From positions 25,668,001 to 25,732,000 of the forward strand of contig OX597836.1 in assembly GCA_951406725.2 (NCBI GenBank): DNA of 64,000 bases, written 5' to 3'. The position numbers and the translations under genes are program-made. This DNA is from Octopus vulgaris (taxonomy: Eukaryota). Below are positions 41,989-56,111 of this stretch, one piece after another; position 1 is the first letter of the stretch, and each line of letters opens with the position of its first letter. The notes below the pieces were generated by a model. It was not told the DNA's origin. It saw nothing but the letters and a program-made list of their open reading frames with translations, and searched no databases.

Positions 41989-42442
41989 ACCAGAAATGGC
42001 TCCGACGAAAGTCGCATTAATTTATTTAGGTCATTGTTCAATTTACCTTATTTGATCAATAAACCAGTTGAATAAACCAGAAATGGCTCTGACGATGGTG
42101 CCCATAATGACTAGTGGAAACAACTGTCTGCCAAATTTCCTCTAACAAAAGAAAAATATGTAATGACTGTTATCTTTAACTTGTTTCTTTTATATCACTC
42201 TGTGTAGAAACCAGTTTGACTGGAACCTAACCAGGGATTTACAACATAGAATCGTGATGAACCTTAACCTCGGACCCCGCCATAAGAATACGTAGAGTTC
42301 TTCACTAACCTAAATAATATTGTTAGCCTGGTGTACCAACAGACAGCTTATGATGTATTTTGCCCTGATTGCTCTATTAGCTATATACACGCGCGCGCGC
42401 ACAATCACACACACACGTACGTACACGCACCCACATATACAT

Positions 42443-42673
42443 ATTTCTTTACTGCCCACAAGGGGCTAAACACAGAGGGGACAAACAAGGACATAAATAG
42501 GTATTAAGTCGATTACATCGACCCCAGTGCGTGACTGGTACTTAATGTATCGACCCCGAAAGGATGAAAGGCAAAGTCGACCTCGGCGGAATTTGAACTC
42601 AGAACGTAGCGGCAGACGAAATAACGCTAAGCATTTCACCTGGCGTGCTAACGATTCTGCCAGTTCACCGCCC
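42443..42673 (-). mobile_element. SINE family B
   Basis: Reverse-complement match to 57346-57581. Confidence 0.85.
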
Positions 42674-43156
42674 TCTTCGGCGGAATTTGAACTCACATAT
42701 ACAGACACGCGTGTGTTTTTGTGTTTGTCTTCTGTCAGCGCTTGATAACCGGTGTTGGTGTGTTTATATCTGCATAGCCTAGAGGTTCAGCAAAAGAGAC
42801 GGGGACGGTTTTAGCGGCTATTACGATAAACTACAGCTAAGAAAGTTGCTTTAGCCCTGACTAAGTTGACCTAGAGCTACGAGACCATTTTCGGTCTCAA
42901 CTAAGTTAATCTACTGCCACAAGAGTGAGTCGATTTAGCCACAATGGAGTAAATCGACAGCTCGGAGAACAGCTTCAGCTGCTGCTAAAATAATCCAGAG
43001 CTACGAGTGAGAATTTGGTGGTTATAAATTGGAGAAAGTGCTGAAGAACCAACATGGCTGACTAATGAAATATAACATTTGGGTTGGTTCTTTGCCAAAA
43101 CACACCAATTACTTTCAGCGTTTGAGAATTAATGTGCGAACGAGTGTGTGTTTGTA

Positions 43157-43198
<42 letters not shown>

Positions 43199-43325
43199 GG
43201 GGGAGGGGGCAGAGAAAGAAAGAAAAGTTGACTTTAAAAGTGCGATAACATCTATGTATTTGTGTGGCGGGGTATGTATAGATATGTATATGTATGCATA
43301 TATGTGTGTGTGTGTGTACACACAG

Positions 43326-43362
<37 letters not shown>

Positions 43363-46300
43363 ATATATGCAGGTGCGTACCTGTGAATTGTATATGCGTA
43401 GGCCTCTATGTCTGTGTGGATATGTATGCATGTCTGTAAATGTGTATGTGTGCTTGTATGCGCGTATTTATGCATACATGCTTATGTATGTATCTACACA
43501 TGTGTGGTGTGGTGTGTGTGTGTGTGTGTGTGTGTGTTGAGAAACTGATGGAACAGTTTTCCCATCTGACGTCCATTTTCGTCACAATAGACGAAGCCAG
43601 TCGGAGACTTACTAATATTTCTTTTAATTTAGTTGCCGTTCTTGTTCAAAGTAAATCCACTCTCTTTAAAGCTGTCCAATTTTTCCCCACTTACTATGGT
43701 GTTGGTTGCTGAATTGTGTTATGGTTTTTGATTAGAATCTTACCATTTTCGGAAACGGCTTTCAATTCATACTCTCCCGAAGCTCTTTCTCAGTCAGATA
43801 GTGAGATCGTGAAATGAAATTCTGCTTCGCTGTATCGATTTGGATCAAAGGTTCTCAACCATGTTTTGCTCGAGAACACCTGTGCTTCATATTCTATACC
43901 GATGGCCCTTCATAGCCATTTGATGTTTTAAAAAAACCTATATTTTCGTAATTAAATATTATAAGGAATTGTATTAAAAAATTGTTAAAATATTTACTGT
44001 ATTATAGAAATATAACCAATTCATTGCAGATAAATTTTGATAAAATTTCATATGCGTGCACGTGCAGGCGTGTGTCTAAGGCCCTGGGCTACTGAAAATA
44101 AGCTAGGACAGTTGTTATGATAGTACCTCTTGTGGAAGAAACACGCGTCTACGGCTGTCCTCTTATCTCCAGACAATAAGCCCATCCTTTTCCCTAAATG
44201 GCAAATCGGTTTTGCAAAATTCTTGATTCTTGGCATTATCTTCCCTTATCAATTGAGATGTTCTCAATTGCCACACGCTAATTGTGACACGTCTTCTAGA
44301 GGCGGAGACCATTTTAATAAATCAAGACTTTATGTTGTATGGCATTTAATATACCTGTATTTGACTATGTTATTTTAAAAACACGCCACTGGTCACTTTG
44401 GGTTATTATTTTCTTTACTCATTTGTTTTAAAATTATATATGTGTGTGTAAAGTGTATTATAAAAATATCCGTAAGTGTAGCATGTAAGGACTGAACTTG
44501 AACCCAAAATAAACTGTTGGAAGAGGCTTTTTGGTACGTACACGTACTTTCAAACTTGTGTACTTTAGTTACCCTATCCGGAGAGTACAAATCCATATTA
44601 TGCAATAGGTTTCAGAAATATTTTTTGAACACTTCTTACTTTATCCCATTTTCAGCTGTAGATATTTGTTCGCCATTTTGTCGCAAATTTTTAAATTTTT
44701 AAATAACCAAAGAGAAAAGCTTTGTGAGAAAGTTCGCAAAAAACACGTCATCGAAGAATATTTATACAATTACAGATAACAAATGGAAAATTGAGAAAAA
44801 CTAATTATCTAGAAACATGACATTACAACAGCTAGTGTATACATACATGCATACATACATACATACATACATACATACATACATACGTACATACGTACAT
44901 ACATACAAACATAGATACATACATACGTACATACATACTTACATACTTACATACATACACATACATACATACATGCTTACATACATAAAGACATACATAC
45001 ATACGTACGTACGATCGTGTGTGCGTGCGTGCGTACGTACATACGTACATTCGTACGTGCGTGCGTACGTCGCACTTACGTCGTACGTACATACATATAT
45101 ACATACATACAAATATACATGCATACATACGTACGTATGTACGCAACACATACATACGTACATACATACACACATATACATGCATGCATACGTACGTGCG
45201 TGCGTGCCTGCGTACGTACGTACATACATACATATACATGCATACATAATACATGCATACATATACACATACATACATAATACATACATACATACATACA
45301 TACATACATACATACATACATACATACATACATACATACGTACGTACGTGCGTGCGTGCGTACCTACATACATACATATAGACATACATACATATACGCT
45401 AATATCGAATAGTGAGAATGAGTGTTGAACACTAGAAGGTGAATATTCTTTATTTGGGGGTTAACAAAGTTACCAATGGTTTTACGTAATGTATAAGGAA
45501 TCCCTTAACAATTATCAAATCTGCAACATGGGAATGTTGGTACTCGTCATGTCCGTATGTATATATGTATGTGTGTATGTATATATGTATGCTTTTATGG
45601 AACGATGAACCTTGAATAACATAAACCTATAAATAATAGCATATAAATAACGGGTAAATAAACCTCTTTAGATAGAAGTGGTCGACAGACGCCTGTAGAA
45701 AAAGAACCGAGAGCTCCTGTTGATATGAGAGGCGTTGCTGAGCTTTTGACTTCTATCCACAGCGTTTTTAAGCCAATATTTACATGCTGCTATTTGTAGC
45801 TTTATTTGATATAAAATAATAGTGTGTAAGAGGGGGAGGGAAATATGGAGGGAGCGAGAGAGAGGAGAAAGTGATGAAAATGAGGGAGGGAGTGTGGAGA
45901 GAAAGAAGTGAAAGAGAGGGACGGAGAGAGTGACAGATGGTGAAGTAAATGGTGGAAAAAAAAGTTGATGGGTAGGATAGAAAGACATAGATATATATAG
46001 AGAGAGGGGGAAACGAGGAGAGAAAGAGATCGTTATGGTGAGTTGTTCGGAGGATGGGTAGTAAAAGAGAGAGGCAGAGAAGAGAAAGGGGGAAGCAGAG
46101 TGGCGGTATGAGAGAATTAAAGAAAAGAAAAAAAAAGACAAATATAGAGTAACTTCTTTCTTTTCTTTCACACTTTGTCCATCTTTCTCTCCTAAAAGAG
46201 AACACTCGAGGAGAGAGATACGGGGAAGGGCGTGTAAAGGAGCAAGTATAGGGAGAGTGAAAGGAAGCGGGAAGAAAATCCTGTCCGAAAGATTTATTAG

Positions 46301-46628
46301 AGAAATTAAATGAGAGAGAGGGGAGAAAAGGAGGAGAAAGGAAGAAAGAGAAAAAGAGTGAAGGTCAGAGAGCTGAGAGCTGAAGTGCAGAGTTGATGGT
46401 TACTGCCGATGTGAAAGAAAATGGACAACATAGGAACATGTGATATGATAAAGGGCGGCTACTGTGATTGGATTTTTTATTAAAATCATTATCATCAAAA
46501 CGCAGCCTCGAGATTAATCCGGTGATTAGCATAATCTAATTATTAAGTCACGGGACCAGAGTTTATGAATATTGATTCGTGAGATTTTAAATTTTAGGGA
46601 GCATCTATTAGAAGTTATGGTATCTGGA

Positions 46629-47981
46629 TCTTTTATGAATGATATGGATTGCCTAAGGAAAGGGGAAAATGTGTATTGAGAGGGCATATAAACTGAAGAG
46701 GCAGCTCAAACTGAGCGGAGTTGATCTCGAATTCTTTTATGAATGATATGGATTGCCTAAGGAAAGGGGAAAATGTGTATTGAGAGGGTATATAAACTGA
46801 AGAGGCAGCTCAAACTGAGCGGAGTTGATCTCGAATTCTTTTATGAATGATATGGATTGCCTAAGGAAAGGGGAAAATGTGTATTGAGAGGGCATATAAA
46901 CTGAAGAGGCAGCTCAAACTGAGCGGAGTTGATCTCGAATTCTTTTATGAATGATATGGATTGCCTAAGGAAAGGGGAAAATGTGTATTGAGAGGGCATA
47001 TAAACTGAAGAGCTGCTCAAACTGAGCGGAGTTGATCTCGAATTCTTTTATGAATGATATGGATTGCCTAAGGAAAGGGGAAAATGTGTATTGAGAGGGC
47101 ATATAAACTGAAGAGGCAGCTCAAACTGAGCGGAGTTGATCTCGAATTCTTTTATGAATGATATGGATTGCCTAAGGAAAGGGGAAAATGTGTATTGAGA
47201 GGGCATATAAACTGAAGAGGCAGCTCAAACTGAGCGGAGTTGATCTCGAATTCTTTTATGAATGATATGGATTGCCTAAGGAAAGGGGAAAATGTGTATT
47301 GAGAGGGCATATAAACTGAAGAAGCTGCTCAAACTGAGCGGAGTTGATCTCGAATTCTTTTATGAATGATATGGATTGCCTAAGGAAAGGGGAAAATGTG
47401 TATTGAGAGGGCATATAAACTGAAGAGGCAGCTCAAACTGAGCGGAGTTGATCTCGAATTCTTTTATGAATGATATGGATTGCCTAAGGAAAGGGGAAAA
47501 TGTGTATTGAGAGGGCATATAAACTGAAGAGGCAGCTCAAACTGAGCGGAGTTGATCTCGAATTCTTTTATGAATGATATGGATTGCCTAAGGAAAGGGG
47601 AAAATGTGTATTGAGAGGGCATATAAACTGAAGAGGCAGCTCAAACTGAACGGAGTTGATCTCGAATTCTTTTATGAATGATATGGATTGCCTAAGGGAA
47701 GGGAAAATGTGTATTGAGAGGGCATATAAACTGAAGAGGCAGCTCAAACTGAGCGGAGTTGATCTCGAATTCTTTTATGAATGATATGGATTGCCTAAGG
47801 AAAGGGGAAAATGTGTATTGAGAGGGCATATAAACTGAAGAGGCAGCTCAAACTGAGCGGAGTTGATCTCGAATTCTTTTATGAATGATATGGATTGTCT
47901 AAGAAAAGGGGAAAATGTGTATTGAGAGGGCATATAAACTGAAGAAGCTGCTCAAACTGAGCGGAGTTGATCTCGAATTCT
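46629..47981. repeat. Tandem array of 13 copies of a 104-bp unit
   Basis: Units start at 46629, 46733, 46837, 46941, 47044, 47148, 47252, 47356, 47460, 47564, 47668, 47771 and 47875. They are near-identical, with one GAATTC per junction. Confidence 0.98.
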
Positions 47982-48303
47982 CAACGCATATTACTTTTCA
48001 TTATAATAATTTCTATCTTTAGCTGAAGGAAGAGGGAACGACAACGATGAAATTACAGACTTTCAAGTATATGATTGCTATTTGTTTTATCAAACTTATA
48101 AGTTACAGAGCTAAAAGGAGAAGTCGACACCAATGCCTTCTTAAGAGCGTAAAATAGTATAAACAAACCAAAAAGGGCATTCCGGCTTGGAAGGACTAAA
48201 GGATGAGTAGGAATGAAATTTTCTACAATCCCTACTCCACATGTTCGCAAACACCAATCTTTATTCAGCTTCTAAGCCCAGACCATATTTAAGATACTTC
48301 AAA

Positions 48304-48552
48304 GTGGAGGCACGTGGTTTAGCGGTTAGGGTGATGAATTCATGATCGTAAGGTTGTGGTTTCGATTCCTGGATCGGGCGATGCGTTGTGTTCTTGATCA
48401 AAACACTTCATTTCACGTTGCTCCAGTCCACTCAGCTGGCAAAAATGAGTAATCCTGCGACGGACTGGTTTTCCATCCAGGTGGGGATTTCTACGCCACT
48501 GATACCGGGAAACCAGCCCTTATGAGCCTGGCATGAGGCGAGACGGAACATT
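48304..48552 (+). mobile_element. SINE family C variant
   Basis: tRNA-like head and the same 3' end as 56112-56414 (CCGGGAAAC..GCCCTTATGAGCC.GGCATG), with a different middle. Confidence 0.75.
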
Positions 48553-49332
48553 TATTTTTTTATTATTTTTAGGATACTTCAAATCCTAGTTTGTTTGATC
48601 CTCAAAATCTTCTGAAATTAGAGTTTCGTTTTTAACTAAACTGGTCTCTGTATTTCAGTGGTATTTATTTTATCGACCCCATAAATAATAAATTGATTTG
48701 TCACTCATGGCTTGACTTGAACAGCGAATCTTGACTAAATATTTTGTCCGATGCATCGTTATCTTACGGCTGATTATTAACAAGAAACGACTGAAAGAAT
48801 TTGAAAATAAAAAAAATGCCACCAAACGAATCCAAGTTTATTTCTATGAATTTCTTCTGGTAGATCACGACAAAATAAAGGGGCACTCAACCCTGGTAGC
48901 ATTTGAACACGAAACTACAAGGTGCACTTGTTTCTTCGATGTTCTCTCCGTTCCAACTGGTGCTACATTATTGAGAGTGATTAATTTGACTACATACACA
49001 GATATATCATCATCATCTCAGTGCCACGGGAGAAGAAAGAATGGAATATAATCCCTGCTTAGTGTCTTGTAATGATGAGTCGTTGATTAACCCCAAAAAG
49101 TGGGATGAAATTTTTCACAGTGTAGGGAGAGCAAGGTGCAGGCATTTTGAGTTTGGTGAAAAAAGCTCCTTTCTCAATTACCCCGTGCCGAGTTCGATCG
49201 CTCTAAGCCACTTGAGGAGCCAACTTGAGGAGCTGATGTTTACAGGAGTCTTGGATGAGTGTTAATGTGTGTGTGTGTGAGGGACAGACAGACAGAGTGT
49301 GTGTTTTTTTGTATATAGATATATATATATAT

Positions 49333-49364
<32 letters not shown>

Positions 49365-50025
49365 TGTATGTATGTATGTATGTATGTATGTATGTATGTA
49401 TGTGTGTATACGGTTATACAAAGAGAGAAAGAGTGAGTGATACATAGATACAAATGTGTGTATCATTTGGTGGTTGAAGATATGCATTCCAGCGAGGAAA
49501 AAAAAAAAACGGGTGCATTGGAACAAAACTGGATTTATTACCATCCGAGTTGCACAAATCCACCTCAGACTCTCTCTTTCTCTCCTTCACCATCGATACT
49601 ATTATCTCTCGTTGCCAAAATGTTCGACGAAATCAAATGAATGGAAACCCTACCAAGATTTGAACTGGAACACAATATCTTCAGCTACACTGCTGCAGTC
49701 ATCTCTACTGGTCTCATAATAATTTCAGACATTGACTGCGAGCCACAAACGACTGACCGAGAGAGAGTAGACACCTGTATGAAGCAGTCTTGTTGTTGTT
49801 GGTAATCTTGTTATTAAACCCACTCCTATCCAGACACAAACAGAAGTAGCTGTCACATTGGACAGTCGTGATAGAAAACACTAACATCGTGTTATAATTG
49901 AGAAACTACTTGTCTGACAACTGTCTTTAATTAATATCTTCACGATTTTCTGATCTCTGATTTTTACACGCGGAGATTATCGTTGATAGCTTTACAATCG
50001 AAAGAAACAGATAAAGAAAAAGGAC

Positions 50026-50135
<110 letters not shown>

Positions 50136-50519
50136 AATAATAACAATACTAATAATAATAATAATAATAATAATAACAATAATAATAACAATAATAATAA
50201 TAATAATGATGATGATGATAATGATGATGATGATGATGATGATAAGCATCTTTACGGTAGCGATTCTGCCAATTCGCCGCCTTAATAATTCTTTCCACTA
50301 CAAGTCCACAAATTTGGGTAGAGAGGACTTGTCGATTACGTAGACCCCCCAATGTTTCACTGGTACTTAATTTATCGACCCCGAAAGGATGAAAGGCAGA
50401 CTCGACCTTAGAGGAGTTCGAACTCAGAACGTAACTACGGACGAAATGCCGCTAAGCATTTTCTCCGGTGTACTGACGATTCTGTCAGCTCACCACCTTT
50501 CGCCGTCTTAATGATGATA

Positions 50520-50585
<66 letters not shown>

Positions 50586-50651
50586 TCTTTTATTGACCAC
50601 AAGAGCTAATATAAGGAGATATTAAAGGACATGACAGGACGATACAAAAAT

Positions 50652-51200
50652 GCAGTACCAGACAGTGGCTCTCATGGCTCCTGATCTTATCTGATTGGAT
50701 GTGTTATCATGTACATTGTTTTGTTTTGGTATAAAAGATAGGCTACAGCAAATATTCTGCTCAATACCACAAATTTGCTTGTCAGTTGTTTGACCATAAC
50801 CAGTTGAGCATGTGCCTTAGTTGCTGACGATATGTGCATCTCTGATCACGAGCAGAAGTAGTGGGGGAGCATCATAGCCATATGTTGAGAGGAATTCTTT
50901 GGAGTTTGGATAATTCACATCTGGAAACATGGGTGTCTCGTTCAACATCCTTAAACATTCCGTATTCATGGACCTTTTGAGCGGGATGGGTTACTCGACC
51001 AGAAGAAAATTCTAACTGGGCCCCACCACCTGCAAGGTCATGCGCTGTTTATCTTGATACGAGATTACCATGTCGCGCGCATGGTATGTGTTGCATGTGC
51101 CTGGTGTACCCTTATCAGACAAGTAGTCATGATGGGTACACTGGGCTTCGTATATTTTTACCCCAGTATCACTTTGATGGTATGCACTGCTCTCTCACTC

Positions 51201-51230
<30 letters not shown>
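50652..51230 (+). mobile_element. Probable 3' end of a non-LTR retroelement with an (AAT)n tail
   Basis: A ~550-bp block of complex sequence between simple repeats, ending CTCTCTCACTC(AAT)n, with no ORF. Family assignment is from recall only. Confidence 0.4.
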
Positions 51231-51232
<2 letters not shown>

Positions 51233-51237
51233 TAATA

Positions 51238-51311
<74 letters not shown>

Positions 51312-51315
51312 GATA

Positions 51316-51366
<51 letters not shown>

Positions 51367-51396
51367 GTGGTGGTGATGGTGATGATGGTGATGGTC

Positions 51397-51483
<87 letters not shown>

Positions 51484-51841
51484 GTATTAATAATAATGCT
51501 TTGAAATTCTCTTATATTTACGATAATTTTTCAATCGCATTCCTGTTAACGCCTTTCACTTGGTGAATGGCTATGAAATATTGGAGTGAGATATCAACCA
51601 TAGATGCATTCTTGCCACTTGAAAATACGACAGTTTGAAGATATTAACGAACAATCGTCTGGTACTTATTTACTTTTTTTTTTTTTTCCAGTTTTAATTC
51701 TTTGTCTTATATTTCATCTCCGCTGTTATTGTCGAAAGAAAGACGATCTGGAAGCTGTGAGCATTTCTTCTTGGTTCTGGCACAAACCTCGTGTGCGCAC
51801 GCGCATAAAAAACATATAGACGTTTATGTATATATGTGCGA

Positions 51842-51880
<39 letters not shown>

Positions 51881-51886
51881 TGTGTG

Positions 51887-51918
<32 letters not shown>

Positions 51919-52063
51919 TAGATAGATAGACAGATAGATAGATAGATTGATAAATAGATAGACAGACAGACAGGCAGGCAGGCAGACAGACAGACAGAAA
52001 AGCAGACAGACAGGCAAGCAGACAGACAGACATAGATAGATATATAGATAGATAAATAGATAA

Positions 52064-52159
<96 letters not shown>

Positions 52160-52559
52160 GTAGGTAGGTAGGTAGGAGAGACAGAGAGAGGAGAGAGAGA
52201 GAAGGAAAGAAAGACAGAGCTGTCTCCAAAAAATTTAATTTTCTCATAGAACACACACACACAAACACACACACACACACACACACATGCACACACAGAT
52301 ATACGCATAACTACACATATATATTCACGTAAATTCACACACGTCCACACACAACGCTCCACACATACACTCATTATGACACACATACACAAAGACACAC
52401 ATATTTTTGTCATGATCTGCAGAAATATCCGCAAAAATCTACCAAAATTCGTCTTTTATTTATTTATTCACTTTCATGTTTCTGTTTTTTTTTGTCATTT
52501 TTTCTTTTTCTTTTCGTTGCAGCGTCTCTCGAATCTATGGAATTTTACTTGGTTCCTGG

Positions 52560-52902
52560 AGCTAAGAATGAGAACAATGGAAGAGAGGAGTGGCGAAGGG
52601 GAGGAAGAAGTCGGAGGGGAAAAGAAGAAGAACGAAGTGAAGGAAGATAGAAGAAGAAGAAGGGTGTAAAAAAAAGGAAGGAACGAAATACAGTGAGAAT
52701 GGGAAGGGATGAAGAAACGACGGAAGGAAGGAAGGAAGGAGAGAAAAGAAGAAAGAAAGAACGAAAGAAAGAATGAAAGAAAGAAAGATAGAAAGAAAGA
52801 AAGAATGAAAGAAAGAAAGAAAAGAGCGAAAAGATAAAATATGGTGAGAATGGGAAGGAAGGAAAGAAGAAAAAAAAAAAAAAGAAAGAAAGAAAGAAAG
52901 AC

Positions 52903-52941
<39 letters not shown>

Positions 52942-53012
52942 ACGAAAGAAAGAAAGAAAAGAGCGAAAGGATAAAATACGGTGAGAATGGGAAGGAAGGA
53001 AAGAAGAAAAAA

Positions 53013-53080
<68 letters not shown>

Positions 53081-53590
53081 ACAAAAGAAAGAAAGAAAAG
53101 AGCGAAAGGATAAAATACGGTGAGAATGGGAAGGAAGGAAAGAAGAAAAAAAAGAAAGAAAGAAAGAAAGAAAAAAGCGAAAGGATGAAATACGGTGAGA
53201 ATGAGAAGGAAGGAAGGAAAGAGAGGAAAGAAGAAAGGAAAGATTAAAGAAAAGAAAGAATGAGATAAAAAGAAGGAAAGAATGAAAGAAGAAAGAAAGG
53301 GAAGGAAACAATGAATGAAGGAAGAAATAAAGGGAGGAAAAGAATTAATGAAAGGAATGAATAAAGTAAAGAAGGAAGGAAGGAAGACGGAAAGAAAGAA
53401 GGAATGGAATATGGTAAGACGGAGAGAAGGAAGAACGGATGAATGAAAGAAAGAAACGAACAAACAAAAGGAAAGGAAAGAAATGAAAGAAAGAAGAGAG
53501 CGAGAAAGGCGGGAAAAGGAAAAGAATAAAAGAAAGAAAGGAAGATAGGAAGAAAGAAAGGAAGGAAGGAAGGAAGAAAGATGAGGAATG
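52560..53590. repeat. ~1-kb polypurine tract with (GAAA)n and a recurring ~45-bp module
   Basis: AAAGAGCGAAAGGATAAAATACGGTGAGAATGGGAAGGAAGG recurs at ~52821, 52958, 53097 and 53173 between GAAA runs. Confidence 0.9.
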
Positions 53591-54898
53591 TAAATTGCTA
53601 TATTTTTTGAGACAGAAGAGTATGTAGTCATGGTGACCAGTTTAAATGTCCAACTGATGATGGACAGTCTCTGTCATTGAAGGGCAAACTGCGTTCCGAG
53701 GGACTTTCTAAATGGCACATCTAGGGGTAAATTCCTTTGAATTTCTTTCGAGGTCGATAAATAAAGTACCTGTTGCGTACTGGGGTCGATCTTATCAACT
53801 GGCCCCCTCCCCGAAAAGTTCGGGCCTTGTGCCTAGAGTAGAAAAGAATATAGCTAAAGCGGCGAGCCGGCAGAAACGTTAGCACGCCAGGCGAAATGCT
53901 TAGCGGTCTTACGTCTATCTTTACGTTCTGAGTTCAAATTCCGTCGTGGTTGACTATGCCTTTCATCCTTTCGGAGTCGATAAATTACGTACCAGCTCCC
54001 TCCCCCAAAATTTCAGGCCTTGTGCCTAGAGTAGAAAAGAATAAATCGGTTATTCTTCTATAATACACAAAATATTTTTAGAATTTTATTTATACAATTC
54101 CTTTTGATATTTAATAATATAAAATGAAATGGAATATTTTTCAAGCATCGAGGGGGCTTTGAGAGTCCAGTGGAGCAAAATAGGAATCAAAGGGGTCCGT
54201 AGATAAAAAAGGGGGGGCTGGGAACCAGTGCGCCAGAAAGTATTTCCTTCGTATACTTGATTCCTCCATAGAGTGACCTTTTCACAGAAATGACTCCTCT
54301 CATAGATTCGCGACAGAATGGTTTCTTCACGGAGTACTTTCTCCACAGACTGACTTCTTCACACCAAGACATCGCCAAGAATTCTTCGAAGAAATGATTC
54401 GCTTACATATTATAGTTGTTTCAGTCATTTGACTACGGCCATGCTGGGCACAGCCTTGAAGAATTTTTAGTCGAAGGAATCGACCCCAGTACATTTTTTT
54501 AAAGCCTGGTATTTATTCTGTCGGTATATTTTTCCGAATCGCTAAGTTACGGGGACGCAGACACACTAACAACGGTTGTCACGCAGAGGCAGACACAAAC
54601 ACACACACACACCCACACACATACACACACGTACACACACACACGCATGTAAATTTAAGTTACAACATATGGACTCAAGTAACCCGGAACTACTCATAAA
54701 AAGAAGCTTAAATTCTTCATCATTTTGGAAGATTTTTTGCATTTTGCATTAATGCAGACATGTAAGTCATATATTTGTTATTAAATAAAATAGTATAAAT
54801 TATTTCCATGTTTTTAAGTTACGAAACAATTCGTCGTAATGTTTAAATTTTCTTATTATTAAATAAAATTTCATCAAACTATTTGTCATTTATGATTT

Positions 54899-55076
<178 letters not shown>

Positions 55077-55480
55077 CATAGATATAAATAAACACACACA
55101 CACACATATATTTCGTTTTGGGATTTGGTTTGCAAGATTCTTTATGCGAGTTCGTGTGTTGAAGCATATTTTGCTGTGTCTAGGGAGAGTGCCTTATTAT
55201 TTAACACACTCACCGGTAGAGTCTTCCCTTCCCACCGACATTACTGGCTTTCTAGTATCTCAATACCTATTCCAAATTCTATATTTAAGAGATGAGGAAT
55301 TATGTACATTATTTACATTATTTACACTTAACGAAAAATATCTTAGGAATGAGAACCCAGGTTCGAAATTTCCCCCAAGACACTCGATGAAGGCTGGAGG
55401 GCATATCAGCCGAAAGGTTGTGTCAACAACAATCAAGATGAGGAAAAATATCCGTCAAATGTAAATAATGTAAATAACGT

Positions 55481-55865
55481 ACTCTCTTTACCCTCTTTTA
55501 ATCTTTTACCTGTTTCAGTCGTTTGACTGTGCCATGCTAGAGCACCGCCTTTAGTCGAGCAAATCGACCCCAGGACTTATTCTTTGTAAGCTTAGTACTT
55601 ATTCTATCGGTCTCTTTTGCCGAACCGCTAAATTCGGGGACGTAAACATACCAACATCGGTTGTCAAGCGATGTTGGGGGGACAAACACAGACGCACAAA
55701 CATATACAAACGCATACACACATATATATACATATATACGACGGGCTTCTTTCAGTTTCCGTTTACCAAATCCACTCACAAGGCTTTGGTCGGCCCGAGG
55801 CTATAATAGAAGACACTTTACCAAGGTGCCACGCAGTGGGACTGAAACCAGATCCATGTGGTTCG
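55481..55865 (-). mobile_element. SINE family A, head truncated
   Basis: Reverse-complement match to 21219-21632. Confidence 0.8.
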
Positions 55866-56111
55866 TAATTCCAAATTGTTGCAATTTTTGCTTCGCCTAC
55901 TTTGCTAAAGACCAACAGACAAGCATGAATGTCTCCCAGTAAAATTGATTTTGTAAATAGGAACCAATTGTTGATATATGTTTCCATTTAAAGAGAAAGA
56001 AAGCGGAATTCGGGGTAAAACACAGCATCATAGTCGTCAACCCTTTGACAATACTGTCTCGAGTCCCAGGATTCAAAGAATCGATTACTCAGTCTCCATG
56101 GCGTATAAGTG

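Noticed and set aside
43845-43960. hAT/Charlie-like terminus CAAAGGTTCTCAACC (similar ends at ~11170 and ~54220)
   Set aside because: These are single degenerate ends with no paired TIR or 8-bp TSD, too weak to annotate.
46629-47981. Possible CRISPR array
   Set aside because: Whole 104-bp units repeat with no unique spacers, there are no cas genes, and the context is eukaryotic.
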